DNA from: a virus
Lineage: Duplodnaviria; Caudoviricetes
IMG/VR virus record: IMGVR_UViG_3300042256_000025
DNA length: 64,000 nt
Direction: 5' to 3' (one strand)
This document shows positions 36,538 through 45,761 of the stretch, piece by piece. The position numbers and the translations under genes are program-made. Position 1 is the first letter of the stretch; each line of letters begins with the position of its first letter. The notes under the pieces are model-generated. The model was not told the DNA's origin. It did not search any database and saw only the letters and a list, made by a program, of their open reading frames with translations.

Positions 36538-37819
36538 TCCGGAAAGGCACTACCCAGTAACTGTTGCCCTTGCTGCTGCTGTACCAATTCCCATTGCCAA
36601 AGGCCAGGTACCAGGCGCTGTAGGAATTGCTCTCGGTAGAGGACCAGACGTACGACGTGGGTAGGTTACCGGTAGCGTCCGCTGCATTAATCTGAGTCCG
36701 ATTATTGTAGATAAGCTGCAGATCCTTAGCATTGGGTAAGTCGTACCCTAGACTACGGCAGTATTCTGCAGCGGTAGCGCCGTTGTAGTTATTAACCAGT
36801 ACGTCCGTATTGTACTCTGAGGAGTTAGGGTCATTCGGTGGGGCCCCGGACCCTACGTTGGGAAGGCTCGTATCGGTACCGTAGAGACCCCATGCTTTAG
36901 TCTGATGCTGTGAAGCGGGTGCAACGACCAGCCAGTCGCCTCCCTCCTGACCGAAAACGATACCGCCATCGGGCAGCGTAGTGCCTACCCCGATCAGCGT
37001 TTCAGTTTTAAACCCAATATAGGCACTCCAGGCTGACCAGTCACCCGTACTATCCTTATAACGTACGCGGGCGTAATACTGGGTACCTTCTGCCAGATTA
37101 CTACTAGGCTGCCAGCTACTCACGGCACCCAATTCACCACTGTTTACCAGTCCAGTCGTAAAACCGGTGTTGGTTGCTAATTGAAACTGGGTGCCACTAT
37201 GGACCTCATTGTTCTCAATTGCAAACGCAGATGCACTGAGTGTAGGACGCAATACTACATCGGTAGAGCCATTTGTAGGGCCTGTCACAGAGGGCGTACT
37301 GGGTGCAATCGACGTGGTCGTGAAGGTGGTTAGGGGAGAGGTAGCTGTTCCGCCGGTACTGCCTTCATAAATAACCTCTACATACACAGCGGTGCTCGCT
37401 GCGAATGCGTAAAACCCTTCAACATCAAAGGTTGTCAACGCGGTGGTGGTGCGACCACTGGTAAACAAAAGGTTAGTTTTATTAACATCCCCATAGAAAT
37501 TCCAGATAGATGCAACGTGGGTATCCTGAGTACCGTCTGCCAGCACCCCATTAAAACTGGAGGCCGTAATGATAGGGCGAATAGTTACCCCAGTCGCACC
37601 GTTCAAAGGAGAAATAATTGTGGGGCGCGCGATGCCCTCGAAGGACACGTCCATTGACATTGCCACGCCACCGGGGGTAACACCGTCACAGATGTGAAGT
37701 GTGGGTACGCCTGTGCGCAGGTCAATAATCGGTTCACCCGGGGTCCCTAGATATTGTTCAATCGCATTGGACGTAAACCGTTTCCAGAGCCAAGGCTCTC
37801 GCATGATTTTTGTAGCCAT
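36524..37819 (-). CDS. DGR target, putative receptor-binding fibre: Mtd_N-like head, two Ig/FN3-like domains, CLec (DUF1566-like) tip
   Basis: GTPGEPIIDL...LHICDGVTPGG; PTIISPLNGATGV and PSVTGPTNGSTDV repeats; YYARVRYKD..WSAWS; C-terminal VR. Confidence 0.88.
   Translation of the reverse strand: MATKIMREPWLWKRFTSNAIEQYLGTPGEPIIDLRTGVPTLHICDGVTPGGVAMSMDVSFEGIARPTIISPLNGATGVTIRPIITASSFNGVLADGTQDTHVASIWNFYGDVNKTNLLFTSGRTTTALTTFDVEGFYAFAASTAVYVEVIYEGSTGGTATSPLTTFTTTSIAPSTPSVTGPTNGSTDVVLRPTLSASAFAIENNEVHSGTQFQLATNTGFTTGLVNSGELGAVSSWQPSSNLAEGTQYYARVRYKDSTGDWSAWSAYIGFKTETLIGVGTTLPDGGIVFGQEGGDWLVVAPASQHQTKAWGLYGTDTSLPNVGSGAPPNDPNSSEYNTDVLVNNYNGATAAEYCRSLGYDLPNAKDLQLIYNNRTQINAADATGNLPTSYVWSSTESNSYSAWYLAFGNGNWYSSSKGNSYWVVPFRRIPV
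36536..36661 (-). repeat. DGR variable repeat VR1
   Basis: 110/126 identical to the TR; all 16 mismatches are at TR adenines. Confidence 0.97.
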
Positions 37820-37962
37820 AATAAGCCTCTATAAACTGATATCGATATCGATGTGCCATGCACAGAGGATTCGGTTTAACAGCATAGTCTACCACTCCTA
37901 AATGGAGTGGGAGACTACTATTCAATATGGTGGGTCTTACGTGATTAGACCCCTACCTTACA

Positions 37963-38047
37963 TGGTGCGGAATGGGAGACTCGAACCCGCACACCATAAG
38001 GCAGGTGAACTTAAAACACCAATGTCTACCAATTCCATCATCCGGGC
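37963..38047 (-). tRNA. tRNA-Leu(UAA)-like gene, probably a chimeric pseudo-tRNA
   Basis: GCCCGGATGATGGAATTGGTAGAC D-arm, TAA anticodon region, long variable arm, GGTTCGAGT and CCA end; acceptor and T stems pair poorly. Confidence 0.65.
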
Positions 38048-38083
38048 ACTGTTTCTACAAACTATATAGTGCGCATGTAGAAA

Positions 38084-38401
38084 TTAATCAGACGCCGTAT
38101 ACACCTTTCCCATAGCGCGACAGACTGCACGTTCAAATTCCATCCGTTGACACGCACCGGCCTCCATGAGCCGTATACGGGAGTATGCCTCAGCTAACGT
38201 ACTACAGTTCTCTACTATAGTTGAACATAGTCCTAACCAGAAACCCCCTACCGCTATGACGCCTTCTGACAAGTGTATTTCTAGCGTAGAGTGCGGGGTT
38301 AGCCCCATATGGCATGCGAGATGTTCACCCTGGGTACGTGTCATTAAGGGTCGACCGACCCACTCACATCCCAGTGCAAGTTTTTTAACTGACCCATCCA
38401 T
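38084..38401 (-). CDS. Hypothetical protein
   Basis: TAATG coupling. Confidence 0.55.
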   Translation of the reverse strand: MDGSVKKLALGCEWVGRPLMTRTQGEHLACHMGLTPHSTLEIHLSEGVIAVGGFWLGLCSTIVENCSTLAEAYSRIRLMEAGACQRMEFERAVCRAMGKVYTASD

Positions 38402-38964
38402 TACACTTCATCCAGCCATTCGATAGTAGTATCAGTAGGGTATATAAAGTACCCTCTCCTCGGCGTGTTGTACGCCTCACTCTGCTCAAACCCCCTAGGG
38501 CGATACACCTTCACTCGACCATTGTGCACCATTTTAACAGGTTCCAATATCCAGTGCTCCCCTGTAATGTGGGCGGTTGCGACATGTGAGCATTGTGTTA
38601 AAACGTCGCTTGTAAGCAGGTGCGTATCCGAAACCCCTAAGGGTCTGTATACATGAAAGATAAGGTATTCTAAAGCTGGGTAATTTTTAAAGAAACGACC
38701 CAGGCCTGGATACATAGACTGGACACATTGTTCGATGGTGGGGCATACTGAGATATGGGCAGGTTCACCTATTACCTCCTTGCGGGGGTACCATAGTGTC
38801 TCCAGGGTGCGGTCGAACGAAAGGTGCCACAGCTGTAGATGCGGTTCAGTTACTGACATGTGGAAATGCCTTAGCCTCTGGGTTGGTTTCAATGAGTGAT
38901 CGGTCTGGATCCAATCCACGTTCGTTGTTAGGGTCACGACCAGTACCCTCACCCTGCGTAACAA
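38401..38964 (-). CDS. Hypothetical phage protein (start probably MSVTEP)
   Basis: HISVCPTIEQC and ITGEHWILEP segments. Confidence 0.6.
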   Translation of the reverse strand: MLRRVRVLVVTLTTNVDWIQTDHSLKPTQRLRHFHMSVTEPHLQLWHLSFDRTLETLWYPRKEVIGEPAHISVCPTIEQCVQSMYPGLGRFFKNYPALEYLIFHVYRPLGVSDTHLLTSDVLTQCSHVATAHITGEHWILEPVKMVHNGRVKVYRPRGFEQSEAYNTPRRGYFIYPTDTTIEWLDEV

Positions 38965-39058
38965 TAGTACGTAACATGCTCAGGTGATAACGATACAACG
39001 TCTCTACCTTACACAGTCGCTCATATTCAGCCTGTGTGATCTCGATCGTATCTTCCAT
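38846..39058 (-). CDS. Small hypothetical protein
   Basis: RBS GGAGG; 70 aa. Confidence 0.5.
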   Translation of the reverse strand: MEDTIEITQAEYERLCKVETLYRYHLSMLRTIVTQGEGTGRDPNNERGLDPDRSLIETNPEAKAFPHVSN

Positions 39059-39159
39059 ATTTCCTCCCCCGCTACCATAGAAACCAATCGTCCCTTCGGT
39101 ATGTTTGAGTAACCGTTTTCTAGCCGCTGCTTTTGTTAAGTACGTCTATACGATCGTCC

Positions 39160-39804
39160 CTACCCTAACAAACGCCACTGCTTATCAGACAGGTTTACTA
39201 ATGTAGGAGTGACGACTCCGTCGGGACTATGTAAGTATACCGTTTTATCATCCGCACTGCGACACTGATAGTAGGTGCCTTCTTCTGTTACCTTCGTACG
39301 GTGCATCATAAACGGTCGGACACCTACATCAAGTGTCTTACCAGTAGGGGTAAAGCTAAACCCCACTACGTCCACCATCGGTATACGTACGTAGGTCGAT
39401 GTGACCACTAACAGAATGTTACACTCGTCCACACGGTGCAGTGTAACACCCTGTATTTCAGTTTTATACATAGCCGTTTCACTGTAACCGGTTACCAGAG
39501 ACTCCGTATCACCGCAAAACCATTGTGCGTATACCCCCAACATATCGCCCTGCTCGACTGAACGCAGTAAAGGACGAACCACAACCACCCCGGCACTATG
39601 GTTCAGCCCCTCCTCAAACAATACCCGCCCTTCGCAGACCGTGGTGGAGCATAACAGGTGACGTTTACGTACCTTTAGCCAGGCACCGTTTTCTTTATAA
39701 CTATACTCTAAATAATCCATACTGCCCCTCAATGTCGTATCTGAATAAAACTTAATGCGCCCGTACTGCCCGCACGTCTCACTGTAAAGGCACTGCCTTT
39801 CCAC
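39160..39804 (-). CDS. Hypothetical protein (start probably MDYLEY)
   Basis: Beta-rich ORF in a co-oriented run. Confidence 0.55.
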   Translation of the reverse strand: MERQCLYSETCGQYGRIKFYSDTTLRGSMDYLEYSYKENGAWLKVRKRHLLCSTTVCEGRVLFEEGLNHSAGVVVVRPLLRSVEQGDMLGVYAQWFCGDTESLVTGYSETAMYKTEIQGVTLHRVDECNILLVVTSTYVRIPMVDVVGFSFTPTGKTLDVGVRPFMMHRTKVTEEGTYYQCRSADDKTVYLHSPDGVVTPTLVNLSDKQWRLLG

Positions 39805-40160
39805 GTAAAGGTATGGAGCGCCTCGTCACCTATAACGTGGGTAGGGCCACGTTCCCCCCGTGCAACCACTATAGTGCCTTCTTCCACACTGAAGACCATT
39901 AACTCCAAAACATGATCCTTAGTATAATGTCCAATGTAGAACCCTGCCATATCGTACGCCAGTGCCGGTAAACTCTTTAGGCTCACTATCCCTAGCGGAA
40001 TACGTACGCTATAGTTTTCATCCCCCATTACACCTATAACCCGAAGATACCCACAGACCTCGTCCACGGCATCCTTCGCCTGCTCGATGCAGTACTCTAA
40101 TCGCCCCAGAGGCGTTTCTATCGCCTTTATCGTAACATCCATGCCTACACCCCTCTTCAT
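39729..40160 (-). CDS. Hypothetical protein
   Basis: 143 aa. Confidence 0.55.
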   Translation of the reverse strand: MKRGVGMDVTIKAIETPLGRLEYCIEQAKDAVDEVCGYLRVIGVMGDENYSVRIPLGIVSLKSLPALAYDMAGFYIGHYTKDHVLELMVFSVEEGTIVVARGERGPTHVIGDEALHTFTWKGSAFTVRRAGSTGALSFIQIRH

Positions 40161-40172
40161 TACCTTTATCCC

Positions 40173-40799
40173 TTAGACCGCCTCTGGAGTCGCCTCCGGT
40201 GCATTGACCCGCAATGTATACCGATCCCCTAAACAACCGACCAAAAGATCGCGCGCTTCTTCGCCCTCAATGGTAAAGTCCACCTCAATCGAACCAATGT
40301 GCGTAATATCCGAAACCACCCCTTCGTGTAACTCCCCTCGATTGGATATCAGGTAAATATCCGGTATAACCTCATCCTCACAGACTATCATTAGGTAGGT
40401 ATCCAGTCCGGGCTTACTAATATCTACGATCTGGGGTGGCGACTGGGATTCGATTGCAGTACTGGTAACCGACAGTGTGTAGTTATGCACTGCTGTATCT
40501 AGATCCACTTGTGTAATGCGTTGACCGTGACGTTTATCGTAGCTGTATATAGAGAACTGGCCACGGCTATACCAGTAGTGCATATAACGATCGTCCTCAC
40601 ACTCGACCAAGGGTACCTCTATAGGGGTCATGAAGATACGGCGCAGTGTACGTGTAAACCAGTTGCCCCCTATCATGGCTGGTTCGATTCGAAGTACAAA
40701 TCGTTGGATTAAAGGATCTTTAGGTCCTTCTACTGTCTCAGAATAGATAATAGCTAGACCCTTCTCTGGAGTACCGATCTCTAAAATGACACTGCGCAT
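40173..40799 (-). CDS. Hypothetical protein
   Basis: 208 aa; RBS AAGGA. Confidence 0.65.
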   Translation of the reverse strand: MRSVILEIGTPEKGLAIIYSETVEGPKDPLIQRFVLRIEPAMIGGNWFTRTLRRIFMTPIEVPLVECEDDRYMHYWYSRGQFSIYSYDKRHGQRITQVDLDTAVHNYTLSVTSTAIESQSPPQIVDISKPGLDTYLMIVCEDEVIPDIYLISNRGELHEGVVSDITHIGSIEVDFTIEGEEARDLLVGCLGDRYTLRVNAPEATPEAV

Positions 40800-41390
40800 G
40801 GTTACATTTCCTTTATTAAAGACTCTATCTGATTCTTACCATGTACACTTTTTAACCAGAATATAGAGCATATACCCCAAACCCCAATGTTTACAGGGGT
40901 CTGGTTTCTTAAGTGCTTGATTTTAAAGGGATTTTCGAAAATCCAGAGTTGTAAGGCCCCTCTCCCCCTTCCGGTCGTCTCTCCTGGTTCGTGTCTCGCT
41001 TTCCAGCTCGCCCCTCCCAGGGCGAGCCTGGAAGTGGTAGAGGTCTTTTTTTCTCTCAAATTATTAGTAGAGTCTTGTGAATTTTCACAAGACTTGTAAA
41101 ATAGTCAATAAAATCAGAGGTAGGAGGAACGACTACCGATAACAGTAATTAGCCCTACACCCTTTTAGGGGGTGTAGGGTTTTACAGGTTTGAATAGAGG
41201 GTACTCTGTAGTAGAGTACACTGTAGAGTAAAGTTTATCAGATACAGGTAGCAATACATTAGCGAAGCGTTACACCTAACCCAGCATAAGCTAAATTGGC
41301 CTTACCGGCCTGAGGTCACAAAAATGGGTGGCGCTCGCGGCCCCGATTATTTTACTATAGTAAGAATGTACAATAAAAAAAAAATAGATA

Positions 41391-41426
41391 CGATACTCTC
41401 CCTGATCTAGATCAGGGAGAGTATCG
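41391..41426 (-). terminator. Perfect 36-bp palindrome / terminator
   Basis: CGATACTCTCCCTGATCTAGATCAGGGAGAGTATCG followed by a T-run on the minus strand. Confidence 0.75.
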
Positions 41427-41434
41427 GCTTAAGT

Positions 41435-41923
41435 CTATGGGTTCGGTACAATAGGCGGCATGTCTAAGTCGGCTAAGGCGGTGTTGACCTTAGTCCACAC
41501 CTCATGGTCAGGATTCTGAACGGCCTGGTACTGTGTCTCCGATAACTCACCCACGTCCCGCATGTACCGTACAACGGTATTGATCTGCCTAGGGTCCTGA
41601 AGTACAGAGTGCCATTGTCGATACGTCGCATAATCCAAATACATTTGGTCGCGAACGCGATCCATCGACCCCGATTCCTCCTCTAAACCGCAGAGACATT
41701 TTAATTGGTGGATCGCCAATCCAACGGCGACATGTGCCGTTAACTCAGAACGTACCTTGTATTTAGAAGTGATGGCCCTCACAGTATAGTTAAGTGACGA
41801 GTCGCGCCCATTAGCCAGTCGTATGACCCACCCCACCACCGTGTAACCGGCGCGAGTTGGCAATGTGATAAGCCAGGCGTTATGGTAACACAACTTGTGA
41901 ATCAAGTAGCTAAAGTACTTCAT
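41435..41923 (-). CDS. Hypothetical protein
   Basis: 162 aa; RBS GAGG. Confidence 0.6.
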   Translation of the reverse strand: MKYFSYLIHKLCYHNAWLITLPTRAGYTVVGWVIRLANGRDSSLNYTVRAITSKYKVRSELTAHVAVGLAIHQLKCLCGLEEESGSMDRVRDQMYLDYATYRQWHSVLQDPRQINTVVRYMRDVGELSETQYQAVQNPDHEVWTKVNTALADLDMPPIVPNP

Positions 41924-42026
41924 GCTGCAATGTCCTCATTATTCCGATCAGCGTATTTAACGATCTCAGTAGTCATAGTGCCTTCCATACGGTATAACCC
42001 CCTGACCCTAAGGGTCAGGGGTGCTA

Positions 42027-42800
42027 TTAGCGTTCTTCAAACCACTCTTTAAGGGTCAGCTCACCACCGTACAAATTGTTTTGGTAACGGTAGTCCTGAT
42101 ACTGTTTCTTGTGGTAAAGGTAGTCCTCCAACAGGATCTCAGTCCAACGTTCGCAGTCGTACTCATTCAGGATATCCTGAGGCTCCATGAAGCCAATGAA
42201 CACCAGTTCCTCTTCAGCGGTTGTCCACTCCTCAGTCGTTACTGAGATAAGGATAGGGCATCCCAGGTGCACGGCTTCTACACCACCTTCAGCTGCAATC
42301 TTGCAGTGCATGTGAATGGATTTGTCCTTAAAATCCAACACTGATGCAATCTGAGTATCCCAACCAACGGCTGTCTTCTGATATTGGCCGAACGCACCCT
42401 CTACAACTTCACCTGTGCCAATTTCTGCTGTTGGCACCAGCTCCTCAAGCAACTCACGCATAATGGCCTGATGGTAGGTGGTGTCCCAGTATAGCCGCTC
42501 AGGACGACCATTACTCCAGGCCAAATCGGACATATCAATGTGGCCACCCAGGCCCACCGAGTGTTTACCCAGTAAACGGTTCTCACCAATACCTTTGGTG
42601 CGCTGGTAACAGAACAGTTTACCATTACATTCTACCAGTACGTAGGGGAGGACCTGTCGGTAGTTAGGATTAACCTCTAGCCCGGCCCGCTGCCCGATAA
42701 AAATATCACCTCCTTCTACAGTAAAGGGAACCAGGTTACTATTGTCCGCCTTAGGGACAATGTTAGCTGGTACTGCGAAAATATGTTCTTGATGTTTCAT
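42027..42800 (-). CDS. NUDIX-family phosphoesterase-like protein
   Basis: YRQVLPY, GENRLLGKHSVGLGGHI, MRELLEEL and AVHLG. Confidence 0.8.
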   Translation of the reverse strand: MKHQEHIFAVPANIVPKADNSNLVPFTVEGGDIFIGQRAGLEVNPNYRQVLPYVLVECNGKLFCYQRTKGIGENRLLGKHSVGLGGHIDMSDLAWSNGRPERLYWDTTYHQAIMRELLEELVPTAEIGTGEVVEGAFGQYQKTAVGWDTQIASVLDFKDKSIHMHCKIAAEGGVEAVHLGCPILISVTTEEWTTAEEELVFIGFMEPQDILNEYDCERWTEILLEDYLYHKKQYQDYRYQNNLYGGELTLKEWFEER

Positions 42801-43294
42801 GTATTACTCCTTCGGTTAGCTAGATCTTCACAATTGACCCAGGCATCCACAGCGTCTCTATTGTAATCAACCCAATGTTGACGTATATCCCCGCTACTCA
42901 ATAGCCATTTCAAAATGATGGGTCGCATCAGCATAGGGTCTGCACACGCCCTACTGTTAGATAACTCCTCTAGAAAGGGAATCGTGATTGTGGTGCGAAA
43001 CTCCACATCATCTACATACCCGTCAGCGCACCGCACCAGGTCCATCACGATGAGGAAGTTATTCTCAATGCTTCTTCCAGTGATTTTGCGCAAGGCTTCC
43101 GTGTTGCTCACAATGAGCATTGCGTCGGGGGTTGTGGGTAAAACGGGAGGTATTATTTTATTTACATGGTATTTCACTACTGCGTCCTTACCCTGTGTCC
43201 ACAAAATCCATTTACATATTAAGTCCTCTTTAGCTTTATAGAGCATTACTGTTATTCGGCCAACTATTGTCGCTAAATTCATGACTAGATCCAA
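42797..43294 (-). CDS. Hypothetical protein
   Basis: ATGA overlap with the NUDIX gene. Confidence 0.55.
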   Translation of the reverse strand: MDLVMNLATIVGRITVMLYKAKEDLICKWILWTQGKDAVVKYHVNKIIPPVLPTTPDAMLIVSNTEALRKITGRSIENNFLIVMDLVRCADGYVDDVEFRTTITIPFLEELSNSRACADPMLMRPIILKWLLSSGDIRQHWVDYNRDAVDAWVNCEDLANRRSNT

Positions 43295-43337
43295 ACTATG
43301 TTATTTGTCGATTATACGCATGGTCGACTTGACACTG

Positions 43338-43937
43338 TCATACTGGTATGCGGTCGCTAATAGTCTTGATGATTTTATCTCTTGCCTTTTTAGTCAGTTT
43401 ATAGTGACGCTTTATATGGCCGGTTTCCATGGTCCAGGCGTCTACAGGTGGGCCGCTAGAATCTGGATCCACCGAACACACCGCGAACACCGACGCAACG
43501 GCGTCCAAGTCATCAGGCAGCCGCAGCATTCTAAACACATGTGTCCCACTACCCATGGTCAAAGTCGAATGATGACTATATTTTTTACACTCCATACGCT
43601 CGGCCCATGACAGTCTATAGACTCTTTTATTAGTCACAAAAATGCCACCAAAGGAGGGCCGTTCGAATGTGTTGGCAATAAGTGCACTAATCGATTTAGA
43701 TACATCGTAGCCGTTATGAGCTTTATCGAAAATTGTTGACGCAAACCTATCAATGCCACCACAGTGACCTGCAAACCCGGCAGCCAGTACAAATTCTTCA
43801 GCTTCACTGTTCCATGGAACGTTTTGCTGATTGAAAATATGCAGTTTGCAGACGGTCAGGTTTGGCCACTTACGGCTGATGCTTGTCCTTAGAGAGTCTG
43901 CGGCCAATACGCCGTCCTTCCAAATAATCGTGGTCAT
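43338..43937 (-). CDS. Ntn-hydrolase / HslV-like peptidase
   Basis: N-terminal MTTII..G.LAADS, GFAG, MGSG and DPDSSG. Confidence 0.7.
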   Translation of the reverse strand: MTTIIWKDGVLAADSLRTSISRKWPNLTVCKLHIFNQQNVPWNSEAEEFVLAAGFAGHCGGIDRFASTIFDKAHNGYDVSKSISALIANTFERPSFGGIFVTNKRVYRLSWAERMECKKYSHHSTLTMGSGTHVFRMLRLPDDLDAVASVFAVCSVDPDSSGPPVDAWTMETGHIKRHYKLTKKARDKIIKTISDRIPV

Positions 43938-44003
43938 ATATAGCCCTATGTATAATTAAGTCCATAGCCGACCCCTATATCCGTTCTAGGATATATGGGT
44001 CGG

Positions 44004-44531
44004 TTAAATGAATGGGTATTGCGTTATTTGTTGCAAGTCCAGTATTACAGTATGGCGACCAAGTGGCTCAGCGTTTATATCCAGGTCGCGATATACGTTA
44101 ACCTCCAGACGCAGTGAGCTCTCATGCCGCTCAACATCCACGATGGTCACTACCATTGCGTCTTCCGGTAGAATGGCACTTCTGGGTAAACGCCATGACC
44201 CCTCTGCATCCTCTTGGGGGTAAGTGACTGTTTTAAAAAGCTGCGAGGTGTAGAGTTCGACGACATGGCGTGCGGTTGGAATGCGTGGATATGGCATGTC
44301 GCACATATACAGTGTCTCCTCAGGGGACCCTGTGTTCAATATGTCACAACTACTACCCTTGCCCTCACTGTAAAATTCACTCAGGAATGTCCAGTTTTTG
44401 AGGCTGTATTTACACTGTAGCTCGGCACCCAGGGCCTTTAGCAGAAAAGATTTGCCTGAGTTTGACTGGCCGGCAACAACGACGCGGTTGCCCAGTTGAT
44501 CAATCAGTTCTTTAGGAATTGAGCTAGTCAT
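44004..44531 (-). CDS. Small P-loop-containing protein
   Basis: Walker A motif VVVAGQSNSGKS. Confidence 0.55.
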   Translation of the reverse strand: MTSSIPKELIDQLGNRVVVAGQSNSGKSFLLKALGAELQCKYSLKNWTFLSEFYSEGKGSSCDILNTGSPEETLYMCDMPYPRIPTARHVVELYTSQLFKTVTYPQEDAEGSWRLPRSAILPEDAMVVTIVDVERHESSLRLEVNVYRDLDINAEPLGRHTVILDLQQITQYPFI

Positions 44532-44545
44532 TGTCTTTTTCCTTT

Positions 44546-44986
44546 TTAGTAAGGGAGGCCGTGTTTAACGGCAGATAATTTAACGATCATGGCTAACAGT
44601 GCCAGCTCAACATCTTTCTCATCGGCATCGTCGCATCCATAATAAAGAACGTGGTTATTTATAGCGAGTGGCACGATGACGTGGAAGCGATTCATCTGGT
44701 CGTCCGGCGCGGCCATTGCATTCCAATTGTGAGTAAAGGCAAATTTGCAAGTACCCTCTTTAAGGTATAGTGTATCTTCTACGCTGCTGCCCATGTAGGC
44801 TACGCCGTAGTGCACGGCATCTGGCTTATCCAGAACACCTGCCTTCGAAAACCAGTCGATCAGCCCGTCTACGGTACCGTCGCTAAGTTTCCCTACGTGT
44901 GCATGAAAACTTTTTACTGCATTAGATAAACTCATGACATATCTCCTTATGGATTTGTGGACATTGCGTCCCTCTTTGATGTACAT
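44546..44986 (-). CDS. Hypothetical protein (start probably MSLSNA)
   Basis: RBS AAGGAG before the internal ATG. Confidence 0.6.
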   Translation of the reverse strand: MYIKEGRNVHKSIRRYVMSLSNAVKSFHAHVGKLSDGTVDGLIDWFSKAGVLDKPDAVHYGVAYMGSSVEDTLYLKEGTCKFAFTHNWNAMAAPDDQMNRFHVIVPLAINNHVLYYGCDDADEKDVELALLAMIVKLSAVKHGLPY

Positions 44987-45221
44987 ACTAACCCCCTTAT
45001 AATGGAAGGCGATCTACGGCATCTGCCAGGCCGTACATTGCAATTATAAAGAGTAAGACAAACAGTGCCTTGACAAATTCCGGGACACGTGAAACGAGTC
45101 GTTTAACGTTCATTCGTCTCTCCTTTAACAATCCTGCGCTGCATGCGCTTTAAACGAAAGCACAGGTCGGAATGTGACCCCTGTGCCATTAACACCTCAC
45201 GCGCTTCCCGCAGGAGGGCGA

Positions 45222-45425
45222 TCAGTTCTTTTTGGTCCTTCGGCATTTTGCAGCCTCCTCTAAATTGTCTAACCACCAGTCATAGCGCAGCTGTAGCAAA
45301 TCCATCTCATGCTGTACCATTGAGGTGACGTCACCACCTAAATAAATAACTCTGTCACCGTCCACTCCACAATGTAAGCGGTGGAGGTCTTCTTTTAACG
45401 TGACAGGTAGATCTACGTTACGCAC
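45222..45425 (-). CDS. Small early protein
   Basis: GTG start with RBS AAGGAG. Confidence 0.55.
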   Translation of the reverse strand: MRNVDLPVTLKEDLHRLHCGVDGDRVIYLGGDVTSMVQHEMDLLQLRYDWWLDNLEEAAKCRRTKKN

Positions 45426-45682
45426 ACCCTATCTCCTTAATCTATATCCTATGTTACTCCATTAGTGACCTGCTGACCGTATAGTCATTACGGTAAGCTC
45501 CTTGATCCGTCCGCCCCCGGCCAAGGGGCGGACCCCTATGCCCTTCGCGATACCCTATGTAAGTGTCTTGCATCATTTACATCTCCTTTTCGTTTGGAGG
45601 ACATGTCGTTGAGATGTCCTCTCTTTTTATATACCTCACTGGCGTCCGTTAGGGACGCGCTTTATGCCGTCTATACGTATCG

Positions 45683-45692
45683 GTAATATAGG
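45683..45692 (-). promoter_or_regulatory. Early promoter CCTATATTAC
   Basis: Motif copy heading a cluster of small ORFs. Confidence 0.8.
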
Positions 45693-45761
45693 TTTACGTT
45701 AATATTCAAAAGCAGTTACTTAGGCCGATGCTATAGATCCCTTTACGTACCAAGGTAGACT

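Larger units (their letters stand above)
34467..37819 (-). mobile_element. Diversity-generating retroelement (target-avd-TR-RT)
   Basis: All canonical parts are present in Bordetella BPP-1 order, with adenine-specific TR/VR mismatches. Confidence 0.96.

Noticed and set aside
40802-41099. Overlapping 85-aa and 70-aa ORFs in the non-coding gap
   Set aside because: Non-ATG starts, no RBS and atypical composition.
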